Notes under the pieces: generated by a model
The model's database searches: none
The model's input: only the letters and a program-made list of their open reading frames with translations
Told to the model about the DNA's origin: nothing
In this document: piece after piece, positions 20,288-29,812 of the stretch
Position numbering within the stretch: the first letter of the stretch is position 1
Layout: every line of letters begins with the position of its first letter
Translations under genes and position numbers: made by a program
NCBI GenBank assembly: GCA_963740175.1
Contig: CAVUDL010000006.1
Location: 31,067-95,066 of the forward strand
DNA length: 64,000 nt
Reading direction: 5' to 3'
From: an uncultured Gemmatimonadales bacterium
GTDB taxonomy: Bacteria; Gemmatimonadota; Gemmatimonadetes; Gemmatimonadales; GWC2-71-9

Positions 20288-21262
20288 TGTTCAAACGACA
20301 ACCGCACCCCGATCGTCCTCTACTCCCCCCACGGCCGCGATCAGCTCACACTGCTGGAGCACGCCTTCGAGCGGCGCCGGCCCGACATCGACGTTCGCTG
20401 GCTGGATATGGGGTCGCAGGAGATTCTGGATCGGCTGCGGTTCGAGCGGGTGAATCCCCAGGCGGATGTGTGGTTCGGCGGTCCCAGCCCACTCTTCGAG
20501 CGGGGCACTCGGGATTCGCTCCTGGCGCCGTACCGTCCCACCTGGGCCGGCCGGGTGAATCCCAAACAAGTCGGGCCTGACGACCTGTACTTTCCGGTCT
20601 ACCGGACGCCGGCAGTCATTGCCTTCAACAGCCGGGCTGTCTCACGGGCAGAAGCCCCCCGGGACTGGGATGAGGTGCTGGAGCCGCGCTGGAAGAACAA
20701 GGTGATCATCCGCGACCCGATGGCCAGCGGTACCATGCGCGCCATCTGGGGGCTGATCATCACTCGCAGCCTGCGGGCAACCGGCGACACCGCCAAGGCA
20801 ATGGCGTGGCTCCGGCGGCTGGACGGCCAGACCAAGACGTATACCATCAATCCCGCCCTGCTCTACGAAAAGCTCGCCCGGCAGGAGGGGCTGGTGAGCC
20901 TCTGGGACCTTCAGGACATCCTTATCAGCGCGGCCAAGGGCATGCCGTTGGGCTATGTCTTTCCCCGCAGCGGGACCGTCGTCATCGACGACGCCATCGG
21001 TCTGGTGCGAGGGAGTCGACACCCGGACGCGGCGCGCGCCTTCATCGATTTCGTCGGTGAGCAGGAGGCGCAGCTGCTCACCGCACGCGAAGTCTTTCGG
21101 CTGCCGGCCCGTGACGACCTGCCTCCGGATTCGGTGCCCTACTGGGTCAGCGAGGTGGAGCGCGAGATGATCGTCAGTGACGTAGACTGGGGCCTCCTGT
21201 CGGCCCAGGGCGCGGAGTGGATGCGGTACTGGGATCAGCACGTGCGCGGAACGGGGAAGTAG
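20228..21262 (+). CDS. ABC transporter substrate-binding lipoprotein, iron(III)/FbpA-like
   Basis: Proposed TTG start gives MLRSCLAFLPVLPVLTAFSAC (lipobox FSAC). The mature part (IVLYSPHGRDQLTLLEHAFERRRPDIDVRWLDMGSQEILDRL) is typical of type-II extracellular solute-binding proteins. Confidence 0.75.
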   Translation: MLRSCLAFLPVLPVLTAFSACSNDNRTPIVLYSPHGRDQLTLLEHAFERRRPDIDVRWLDMGSQEILDRLRFERVNPQADVWFGGPSPLFERGTRDSLLAPYRPTWAGRVNPKQVGPDDLYFPVYRTPAVIAFNSRAVSRAEAPRDWDEVLEPRWKNKVIIRDPMASGTMRAIWGLIITRSLRATGDTAKAMAWLRRLDGQTKTYTINPALLYEKLARQEGLVSLWDLQDILISAAKGMPLGYVFPRSGTVVIDDAIGLVRGSRHPDAARAFIDFVGEQEAQLLTAREVFRLPARDDLPPDSVPYWVSEVEREMIVSDVDWGLLSAQGAEWMRYWDQHVRGTGK

Positions 21263-22325
21263 TGACCTTCCTCCAGCTGGACTCCCTCACCAAGCGCTTC
21301 GACGGCACGCTTGCCGTCGACCACCTCTCGCTGTCCATCGAGCGGGGAGAGATGCTTGCGTTGCTCGGTCCCAGCGGGAGCGGCAAGACCACGACCCTCA
21401 GGCTCCTCGCGGGGTTCGAGGCGCCGGACCAGGGACGCGTGATGGTGGAAGGCGAAGACGTGACCCGGCTGGAACCGGTCGCGCGCCGCTTCGGGATGGT
21501 GTTCCAGCACTATGCGCTCTTTCCCCACCTCGATGTGGGGGAGAACCTCGCGTTCGGCCTCGAGTCGCTCGGCGTCAGAGGTGAGGAGCTGGACCGGCGG
21601 GTGAGCCGGGCCCTGGCCCTGGTGGATCTGGGCGGGTTCGAGCGTCGCCGGATCGGGCAGCTGTCCGGGGGGCAGCAGCAGCGGGTGGCACTGGCTCGCG
21701 CCCTGGCGCCCGAGCCCCGGGTGCTTCTGCTCGATGAGCCGCTGTCGAACCTCGACCCCTCCCTGCGGGAGCGTACCCGGCGTGAGATCCGGGCGCTGAT
21801 TCGCAGAGTCGGCATCACCACCGTGCTGGTGACCCACGAACAGGACGAAGCCTTCGACCTGGGCGATCGGGTTGCCGTGCTTCGGGGCGGGCGACTGGAG
21901 CAGGTCGGGACGCCGGAAGACCTCTACGCTGCTCCGGCCAATGTCTTCGTCGCGGAGTTTGTGGGTCGGTCGAGCGGTATCGGCGTCGTGGTGCTTGGTC
22001 CTGGCGACCGGGGGGTGCGGGTGGCCGTCGAAGGCGCCGAATGGGAGCTGACGGACACGGCGAGTGCTCCTCGGGCCCGGCCCTGATGGTGGCTCGTCCC
22101 GAGGCCCTGCGTCTGATGCCGGCGGCGCCGGGTGCCCTGAACGGTACGGTCACGGAGCGCCGGTTTACCGGCGCCTCCAGTCTCTTCACGATCGTGACCG
22201 ACGGTGGCTCGACGGTGGAAGTCACCGGGCCGCCGCGCTCCGTGAGCGCCGGCGAACGGGTCGGGATCATGCCCAGCCGACGGGCCGGCGGCGGCATACA
22301 CCTGTTTCCTCCGGCGGCCCAGTGA
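21262..22325 (+). CDS. ABC transporter ATP-binding protein (FbpC/PotA-like); one apparent frameshift near the C-terminus
   Basis: GTG start overlapping the previous stop. Walker A GPSGSGKTT, signature LSGGQQQRVALARAL and Walker B LLLDEPLS are present. The C-terminal TOBE-like part continues in ORF 22041..22325. Confidence 0.85.
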
Positions 22326-23983
22326 ATCGCCCCCGGCGCATCGATCTGCACCGGCGGGTTGTTACTCCTCCTGCTCGCCTGGCTCATCGTCTATCCGCTG
22401 CTACTGGTGCTGGTCGAAGGGTTTCTTGGGCCGCGTGGCTGGACCCTGGACTTCGTTCGCCTGTTCCTGAGCCAGCGCAACGAGTTTCAGGCCCTCTGGG
22501 GAAGCCTGTGGATCTCGGTCGCGAGCGTGGTGCTGGCCGCTGCTGATCGGGATCCCGCTGGCGTTCCTCTTCGCTCGCTATGACTTCCCGGGACGAGGCG
22601 TACTGGGCTGGCTGGTGGCGCTGCCGGCGGTGCTTCCGCCGCTGGTGGGCGTTATTGCCTTCCTTTTTCTCTACGGCGAAAGCGGTTTTGTCTCGCTGAT
22701 GATTCAGTGCCTCCTCCGCCTGGAAGAGGCGCCGTGGAGCCTGCAGGGCGCGGGGGCAATTCTGCTGGTTCACGCCTATTCCATGTACGTGTACTTCTAC
22801 CTGTTCACCCGGGCGGGGCTGGCGTCACTGGACGCGGCGGTACTGGAGGCGGCGGCCAGCCTGGGCGCGGGACGCTGGCGGACGCTGCGTCGGGTGGTTC
22901 TGCCGCTCCTGTATCCCGCGCTGGGCGGTGCGGCGCTGCTGACCTTCATGACCTCGCTCGCCTCTTTCAGCGCGCCCTACATCTTCGGAGGCGGGTTCCG
23001 GGTCATGACCACCCAGATCGTTGCCACCCGGTTGAATGGTGACGACGAGCTCGCCATGATCGAAACCGTCTCGCTCACGCTGGTGGCGTTGATCGCGCTG
23101 TGGCTGCTGCGGGGCCCGCGCGCGCTCGACCACGCCGGCAGTGGTCGAAAGGGTACGGCGCCGGTCAGAGTGCGGGTTCGCAGGCCGCGGAGTCCGTCTG
23201 GCTCTCGGCCTGCTGGGCTGGGCCCTGGCGGTGCTGCTGTTGCTGCCGCACCTGACGCTGCTGCTGGTGTCGTTCGTGCCGCTCGGCACCTGGACCACGG
23301 AGCCGCTGCCACCGGCGTACACCTGGCGCAACTACCTGACGCTGGTGGAAGACCCGGTGCGCGCGCGGCCGCTGTTCAACAGCCTGTGGCTCGCCTTCGT
23401 ATCTACCGCGGCCGCCGTGGGTCTCGCCCTCGCGGCCGGGGTCCTCGCCGTCCGGCGCCGGGTTCGGGGCCGGGGTTTGATCGAGGGGCTGCTCGCGCTC
23501 CCCTGGGCCGTGCCGGGGACCGTGTTCGCCATTGCGCTCGCCACCGCCTTCAGCGTGCGCGCTCCATGGGCCGGTCGGTTCGTCCTGGTCGGGACCCTCT
23601 GGATCCTTCCGCTGGCATATCTCGTCAGGAACTTACCCATCACCAGCCGGGCGATTCTCGCCGGATTCCGGGCGTTGGATCCTTCGCTTGACGAGGCGGC
23701 TGCCACCCTGGGCGCCGGACGCTGGCGCACGCTGCGCCGGGTGACGCTGCCGCTGCTCCGGCCTGCCTTGCTCGCGGGAGCCAGCCTGGCGTTCGTCACC
23801 GCCTTCGGAGACTTCGTGACATCCATCATGCTGTACACCTATGACACCCGTCCCATCTCGCTCGAGATCCTGTCGAGCCTCCGCCAGTCGGATGTCGGCG
23901 TGGCCGCGGCCTACGGTGTAGTGCTGATGGCGGTGAGCGCCGCCGTCTTCGCCCTGGGTGCCGACCAGGGAAGCGGGGGATGA
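22322..23983 (+). CDS. ABC transporter permease with two tandem permease domains (FbpB-like); about three apparent frameshifts
   Basis: The GTG at 22322 overlaps the ATPase TGA (GTGA). Pieces lie in the frames of ORFs 22359.., 22615.. and 23141..23983. The EAA-type loop appears twice (LEAAASLGAGRWRTLRRVVLPLL and DEAAATLGAGRWRTLRRVTLPLL). Confidence 0.8.
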
Positions 23984-25209
23984 CCGAGCCCCTCTGGCGT
24001 CCCCCAGTCAATTTCGCCGACTCGCGGTGCTTATCGGCGTGAACTTCGTGGACATGATCGGGTTCATGATCGTGCTCCCGCTGCTGCCATTCTATGCCCT
24101 CAAGCTGAACGCATCGCCTGAGATCGTAGGCCAGCTGATCGCATCGTACTCGATCGCCCAGCTGGTGGCGGCGCCGCTCTGGGGCAGGGTGTCGGACCGT
24201 TACGGCCGGAGGCCGGCCTTGCTGATCGGCCTCAGCGCGTCCGCGCTCGCGTACATCGTGTTCGGATTCGCCGACAGCGTGTGGCTGCTCTACCTCTCGC
24301 GCGTGGTGCAGGGTGCCGGCGGCGGGACCACGGGCGTGGCGCAGGCTTACGTGGCGGATACCGTGGCGCCGGGCGACCGGGCGCGCGCGCTAGGCTGGCT
24401 CTCGGCCGCCACCTCGGCCGGGGTGATGGTGGGTCCCGCCATCGGCTCCTCCGCCGCCCACTTCGGTCAGGCGGCCCCCGGCCTGATCGCCGCGGTGCTC
24501 TGCATCATCAACGTGATCTTCGCCTGGAGGTGGCTGCCGGAGTCGCGCAAGCAGACCCAGCGCCGCCACCGTCAAGCGTCGCGGCCGGTCTGGTATCCTG
24601 CGTGGATGGCGCTCCGCCATCCGGGCTCCCCCATCGGCCGGCTGCTCTGGATCTACGGGGTGGGTATGATCGCCTTCTCCTCAATGACCTCGATCATGGC
24701 CCTGTATCTCGGCGCCGAGTTTGCGATCGATGAGAAGACGATCGGATATATCTTCCTGTACGTCGGGGTCCTCTCGTTCGTCATGAGGAGTCTCCTGCTG
24801 GGGCCGATCGTCGACCGGATCGGCGAGACCTGGGCCATGCGGATCGGTACCGGACTTCTGGTACTTGGCCTTGCGCTGTACCCGCTTCCTCGGGATCTCT
24901 GGACACTCGCGCTCGTCATTCCCGGCGTGCCTATCGGCACGGCGCTGCTGTTTCCCGGCCACGACCTCGCTCATGTCGCGTTACTCCGATCCCGGTGAGC
25001 TGGGAACCACCATGGGAGTCGCGCAGACCTTCGCGGGACTGGCGCGCGTCGTGGCGCCGCTCCTCGCGACCACACTGTTTCAGCGGCTGGGCCACGCCTG
25101 GCCGTTCTATGCGGCGGCGACTTTCGTCGCACTGGTCGGCATCATGGCGTTCCAGGTTGAGGTTCACCCCAGATCCGCCAAGCCGGTGGCGGAAGGAGCG
25201 GGAGCCTGA
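23958..25209 (+). CDS. MFS transporter; at least one apparent frameshift near 24960, start uncertain
   Basis: GVNFVDMIGFMIVLPLLPFYA and GRVSDRYGRRPALLIG (the MFS D-R-x-G-R-R motif). The C-terminal helices continue in ORF 24865..25209. Confidence 0.75.
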
Positions 25210-27143
25210 TGAGCGAGGAAGACCGGATGGTGCGGCTCGAGGCGCGGGTGGCGCGGCTTGAGGGTTTGCTGGAGACGTGCGGCGGGGCAGCGGGGCAGCG
25301 GGGAAGTCGGACAGCGGGGCAGCGGGGCGAGCGGGCAGCACGACATGAGCCCGAGCATCCTGGCGGTTCCCCTACACCAACACCACCTGCTGCCCCGCTG
25401 CCCCGCCGCCCCGCTGCCGCGCCGCCCCGCCGCCCCGCTGCCCTTCTGTCCTCCGAGCAATGGATCGGCCAGCGGGTGCTCCTGGCGGTCGGTGTGGTCG
25501 CGCTCATCCTGGCAGCGGGTTACCTGCTACGCCTCTCCTTCGATCGCGGCTGGATCTCTCCGCTGATGCGCTGCATTGGAGGAGCCCTCGGGCGGCATCG
25601 TGGTCGGCGCGGTCGGCTGGCGGCTCCAATCCCGCTACCGCACCTATGGGGCGGCACTGATCGGCTGCGGCGCGGCGATCATATACCTGAGTGTGTGGGC
25701 GGCGGCCCGGCTCTACGGCGTGCTCCCCCCTACCACCGGCATCGTCGGCCTGGCGCTGGTGTCGATCGCCCTGGCGATGATCGCGTATGCCATCGACGTA
25801 GAAGCGCTGGGAACTACCGCTGCACTCGGCGCCTTCTTCGCGCCGATCCTGCTAGGTCAGGATCAGGCCAACCCCGGCATGCTGCTCCTGTACCTCGCCT
25901 GCATGGCGGCGGGGCTCGGCCTGGTGGCCGCGCGGCGGCGCTGGCGGCTCACCATGTTCGTCGTTGCGCTCAGCTACTTCGGGGTGGCCTTTAGCGGCGC
26001 GGCCGAACGAGGGCCACCGTGGGGGCTCCTGTTCTACGGTGTCCTCGGCGGAGCGGCCGGGATCTACGTCGGGCTGAAGGAACGCTGGTGGGAAACCCGG
26101 TTTCTCAGCTTCGGCGGTGGCTGGGCCTTCGTCTTCGCGGCCAGCCGGCACCTGGATGAACCCTGGGCCATCCTTGCAGCTGCGTATCCTGTTGGCCGCG
26201 CCGGTGTGGTGGTACGCCCTGCGGACCACGCAGATCCTGCCTTTGAATCTCTTTCCCATCGCCGGTGTGGCCGGATGGTCGCTGGGCGAGGCATTCTACT
26301 TCTTTCTGACGCCGGTGCTGCTTGCCTGGGCTGTCTACGGTGTCGCTCCCGGCTTCTTCGACAACATACCGGGGTTGGTCGCGCTGATCGTCGCAATACC
26401 GTATCTGGTTGCCGGCTACTATCGGGTGCGTCCGGTCTTCGCAGTGGTCGGTGCCGCGGCGCTCGGCGTGGCCGCATGGCAACACTGGGGCGGCGTCGAA
26501 CGAGTATGGGTCCTGCTGGCTCTGGCCCTGCTGTGGGCGGCGCTCGACCATGCAGCTCAAACGCGATGATGGCCGCTGGTTTGCCCTGGCCACATTGTGG
26601 GCCGCACTCGACCAGCTGTTTACCGGTGCGCTGCTGGAGCGTCCACCGGCAGAGTCCGCCTTTGTGGGCACCTGGTCTCTGGCGCTTTGGGGCACGGTGG
26701 CGGCCACGGTCGTTCTGGCCCGGGGACTCTGGAGATCGGTGGCACCGACCAGCGTTGCCCCGCTGATACGGGGCGGGCTCTGGGCACTCGCCGGAGCCAT
26801 GGTGCTGTTCGGGGTGACGGGTGAGATCGGACGGTACTTCGACCTGAAGCCGCTGTCCTCGACGGACGCGGAGCTGGCGGCGGGGCTTGCCGTGAGCGCC
26901 TGGTGGCTGGTGTTCGCGGCCGCGCTGGTTGGACTGGGCTTTCGGCGCAATCTCAAGCCGGCGCGCCTCGCCGGTTTGGCGGTGGCGGGACTCGCGGTGG
27001 TCAAGGTGCTCCTGTTCGATCTCGCGTCGCTCGACGCACTGTATCGGGTCGGCTCGGTCTTCATTCTGGGTCTGGTGTTTCTGCTTCTGGCGTATCTATA
27101 CCACCGGCAAGGCCGCAGTGAATCGCGCCCCACCGCCGTGTAA
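25209..27143 (+). CDS. DUF2339-type polytopic membrane protein; about three apparent frameshifts
   Basis: N-terminal coiled coil MSEEDRMVRLEARVARLEGLLE, a low-complexity linker, then many hydrophobic helices spread over ORFs 25209.., 25576.., 26117.. and 26409..27143. The ATG overlaps the MFS stop (TGATG). Confidence 0.6.
25283..25443. repeat. Inverted octamer arrays (GGGGCAGC)n ... (GCTGCCCC)n inside the DUF2339 coding sequence
   Basis: Left array at 25283-25339 and right array at 25388-25443. They are translated as GGAAGQRGSRTAGQRGERAA and PPAAPLPRRPAAAPPRRPAA. Confidence 0.9.
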
Positions 27144-27200
27144 CCGCCGCTGGGCGTGGCAAGGCTATCTTTCCCGATTCTGCGATCCAACCAGGAGTGA

Positions 27201-28961
27201 GTGGTGTCAGCTTTAGTTCTTCCCGATTCCCCGTCGGCATTCGCCAAGGCAAACTGGGCCGACGTCGCCCCGTATTTTGATGAGCTCGCCGCCCACCCGC
27301 TGGATGCCGGGAACATGGACGCATGGCTGCGCGCCTGGTCCACCCTGGAAGAGTTGGTGACCGAAGCGGCTGCGCGCGCCATGATCGCCTACACCATCGA
27401 TACCGGCGACGCCGAGAAGGAGGCGGATCATCTCCGGTTCTCGACCGAGGTGCTTCCACGGATGGAGGAGCGCAGCGTGGAGCTGGCCCGGCGGCTACTG
27501 GAGTCCGGCTACTCGACACCGACGCTGGAGACCACCCTGGCACGCTTTCGGACCCAGATCGAGATTTTCCGCGACGAGAACGTCCCCATCTTCGCCGAGC
27601 TGGAGGAGCACAGTGCCCGGTATCAGCGGATCACCGGCGCCATCACAGTCGAGTGGGATGGTGTCGAGCGCCCCCTGCCGCAGCTGCAGCCGTTTCTCAA
27701 GAGCTCGGACCGGAACGTCCGGGAGCGGGCATTTCGCGCGTCCAGCCAGCCCTATATCGAACGCCGGAGCGAGCTGAGCCGCCTCTTCGACCAGATGTAC
27801 GAGTTACGGCAGCGCGCTGCCCAGAATGCAGGATTCGACAACTTCCGGGACTACATCTTCCCGGCCAAGTTCCGCTTCGACTATACCCCGGCCGACTGCG
27901 AGCGCTTTCACGACGCGGTCGAGCGTACCGTAGCGCCCGCGGTCGAGCGGATACTGGAGTCCAGGCGCGAGCGCCTCGGCCTCGACGTGCTTCGACCCTG
28001 GGATCTTGCGGTGGATCCGTACCGTCCCAAGGCGCTGCGGCCGTTTGCCACTGCCGCCGAGCTGGTGAGCACCGCCCGACGCGTGTTCGATGGAGTTGAT
28101 CCGGTGCTGGGAAGCGAGTTCCAGACGATGATCGACGAGGGCCTGCTCGATCTGGAAAGCCGGAAAGGCAAGGCCCCGGGCGGATACTGCGAGACGCTAC
28201 ACTTCCGTGGCCGGCCCTTCATCTTCATGAACGCGGTGGGCCTGGTGGACGACGTGAACACGTTGCTGCACGAGGCCGGTCACGCATTCCACGCCTTCGC
28301 CGCGCACCAGCAGCCGTTGATCTGGCAGCGGCACCCCGGATCGGAGGCGGCGGAGCTGGCGTCCATGTCCATGGAGCTGCTGGCGGCTCCGCATCTCACC
28401 CAACCGGTCGGCTACTTCACTCCCGAAGACGCACTCAGCGCCCGGCTGGAGCATCTCGAGGACGTCCTGCTCAGCCTGGTTCATATCGCCTCGGTGGATG
28501 CGTTCCAGACCTGGATCTACACCAGCGGAGCGGGCGGCGATGCGGCGGCGCGGGATGCCGAATGGCTCCGCCTCAGGGCCCGCTTCGAGCGAGGCGTGGA
28601 TTGGACCGGACTTGAGCAGGAGCGCGTGGCGCGGTGGTACCGCCAGCTGCACATCTTTCTCTACCCGTTCTATTACATCGAATACGGCATCGCGCAGATC
28701 GGCGCCCTTCAGGTCTGGCGCAACAGTTTGGACAATCCCGGCGCCGCCGTCGCGCGCTACCGGGATGCTCTGGCACTCGGGGCGGTGCACAGCCTGCCCG
28801 AGATTTACCGGACCGCCGGGGCCAGGCTGACCTTCGATCCGCGGGCAATCGGAGAACTGGTTCAGTTGGTCGAGCGCGAGATCGGCAAGATCCGAGGGAA
28901 GCTCCCCTCACCCGCCGGCACCCAATCGCCGAACAAGGCCCGGGCAGCCAACCGCACCTAG
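27201..28961 (+). CDS. pepF: M3-family oligoendopeptidase F
   Basis: Intact 586-aa ORF with the zinc motif HEAGHAFH and a typical M3B C-terminal region (YPFYYIEYGIAQIGALQVW). Confidence 0.85.
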   Translation: MVSALVLPDSPSAFAKANWADVAPYFDELAAHPLDAGNMDAWLRAWSTLEELVTEAAARAMIAYTIDTGDAEKEADHLRFSTEVLPRMEERSVELARRLLESGYSTPTLETTLARFRTQIEIFRDENVPIFAELEEHSARYQRITGAITVEWDGVERPLPQLQPFLKSSDRNVRERAFRASSQPYIERRSELSRLFDQMYELRQRAAQNAGFDNFRDYIFPAKFRFDYTPADCERFHDAVERTVAPAVERILESRRERLGLDVLRPWDLAVDPYRPKALRPFATAAELVSTARRVFDGVDPVLGSEFQTMIDEGLLDLESRKGKAPGGYCETLHFRGRPFIFMNAVGLVDDVNTLLHEAGHAFHAFAAHQQPLIWQRHPGSEAAELASMSMELLAAPHLTQPVGYFTPEDALSARLEHLEDVLLSLVHIASVDAFQTWIYTSGAGGDAAARDAEWLRLRARFERGVDWTGLEQERVARWYRQLHIFLYPFYYIEYGIAQIGALQVWRNSLDNPGAAVARYRDALALGAVHSLPEIYRTAGARLTFDPRAIGELVQLVEREIGKIRGKLPSPAGTQSPNKARAANRT

Positions 28962-29047
28962 GTTGCGCCCCGGCAACCGAGCCGCAAGATTCCACCGCCT
29001 GCGAGACCGAGGGCGGTGGCTGATGAAACTCTGTGGGGAGGGCCTGG

Positions 29048-29275
29048 ATGGCCAAAGAAGAAGGCATCGAGATGGAAGGCGTGGTCACCGAGGTTCTGCC
29101 GGACCGGAACTATCGCGTACTACTGGAGAACGGCCACGAAATCCTCGCCTATGCGGCCGGGAAGATGAGCAAGTTCAAGATTCGGGTGCTCGAGGGCGAC
29201 CGGGTGAGCGTGGTGCTGTCGCCGTATGATCTTACCCGGGGCCGGGTGATTTACGGCACAAGTGAAGTGGTCTAG
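29048..29275 (+). CDS. infA: Translation initiation factor IF-1
   Basis: [69 protein letters not shown]. Confidence 0.9.
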   Translation: MAKEEGIEMEGVVTEVLPDRNYRVLLENGHEILAYAAGKMSKFKIRVLEGDRVSVVLSPYDLTRGRVIYGTSEVV

Positions 29276-29345
29276 GGTCAAGGATCTAGGGTCTATTTCG
29301 CCTGGTCTAGGGTCTATTTCCCTTTCTTGACCCTCGACCCTAGAC
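29271..29345. repeat. CTAGGGTC-type direct repeats followed by an inverted GACCCTCGACCCTAGAC arm
   Basis: Direct copies: tctagggtc (29271-29279, containing the infA stop), atctagggtctatttc (29284-29299) and ggtctagggtctatttc (29304-29320). The inverted arm gaccctcgaccctagac is at 29329-29345. Confidence 0.85.
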
Positions 29346-29346
29346 A

Positions 29347-29381
29347 ACAAAAAGGGCCGCCCGATTGGGCGGCCCTTTTTG
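29347..29381. terminator. Bidirectional Rho-independent terminator between infA and cspA
   Basis: A-run, GGGCCGCCC, loop GATT, GGGCGGCCC, T-run. The symmetry lets it serve both convergent genes. Confidence 0.8.
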
Positions 29382-29393
29382 TTCTAGACCGTG

Positions 29394-29606
29394 CTACTTC
29401 ACCTTCGTGACGTTCTCGGCGGCGGGGCCTTTCGCACCCTGCACGATGTCGAACTCAACCCGGTCGCCCTCGGCGAGGCTGCGGAAGCCCTCGGCCTTGA
29501 TGGCGGTGTGGTGGACAAAGCAATCCTTGTCCCCGTTTTCCGGAGTGATGAAACCAAAACCCTTTGCGTCGTTGAACCACTTCACCGTGCCGATGGTGCG
29601 AGCCAT
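29394..29606 (-). CDS. cspA: Cold-shock protein, CspA family
   Basis: [36 protein letters not shown] (RNP1/RNP2 motifs). The start is taken at the internal Met of ORF 29394..29648. Confidence 0.9.
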   Translation of the reverse strand: MARTIGTVKWFNDAKGFGFITPENGDKDCFVHHTAIKAEGFRSLAEGDRVEFDIVQGAKGPAAENVTKVK

Positions 29607-29689
29607 TGCGCCTACTCCATGTTGATTTGACTGCGTCGGCTCCGGCATAATCCGGAGACCGAGTTCTTATGAGCGCAGGCCTGTCCCGC

Positions 29690-29733
29690 GTCATAAAAAA
29701 TGAAAGACCCGCTGGGCGAGCTACCCCGGGTCT
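29690..29733 (-). terminator. Terminator candidate downstream of the kinase gene
   Basis: On the minus strand: AGACCCG (29733-29727), loop, CGGGTCT (29711-29705), followed by TTTCATTTTTTA. It lies about 80 nt after the stop at 29813. Confidence 0.5.
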
Positions 29734-29812
29734 CTGATTGCCACTAAGACTGGTCGATCAGACTGCGAAGTTGGGGCCCTATCCGGGGGACAAATCTGTA
29801 AGGCCACGGCGT

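Noticed and set aside
25283-25443. Short-repeat arrays considered as possible CRISPR arrays (also 15753-15870, 20171-20287, 59405-59449)
   Set aside because: The units are 7-9 nt and directly tandem with no unique spacers, far from the 24-48 nt repeat plus spacer architecture. There are no cas genes in the window.
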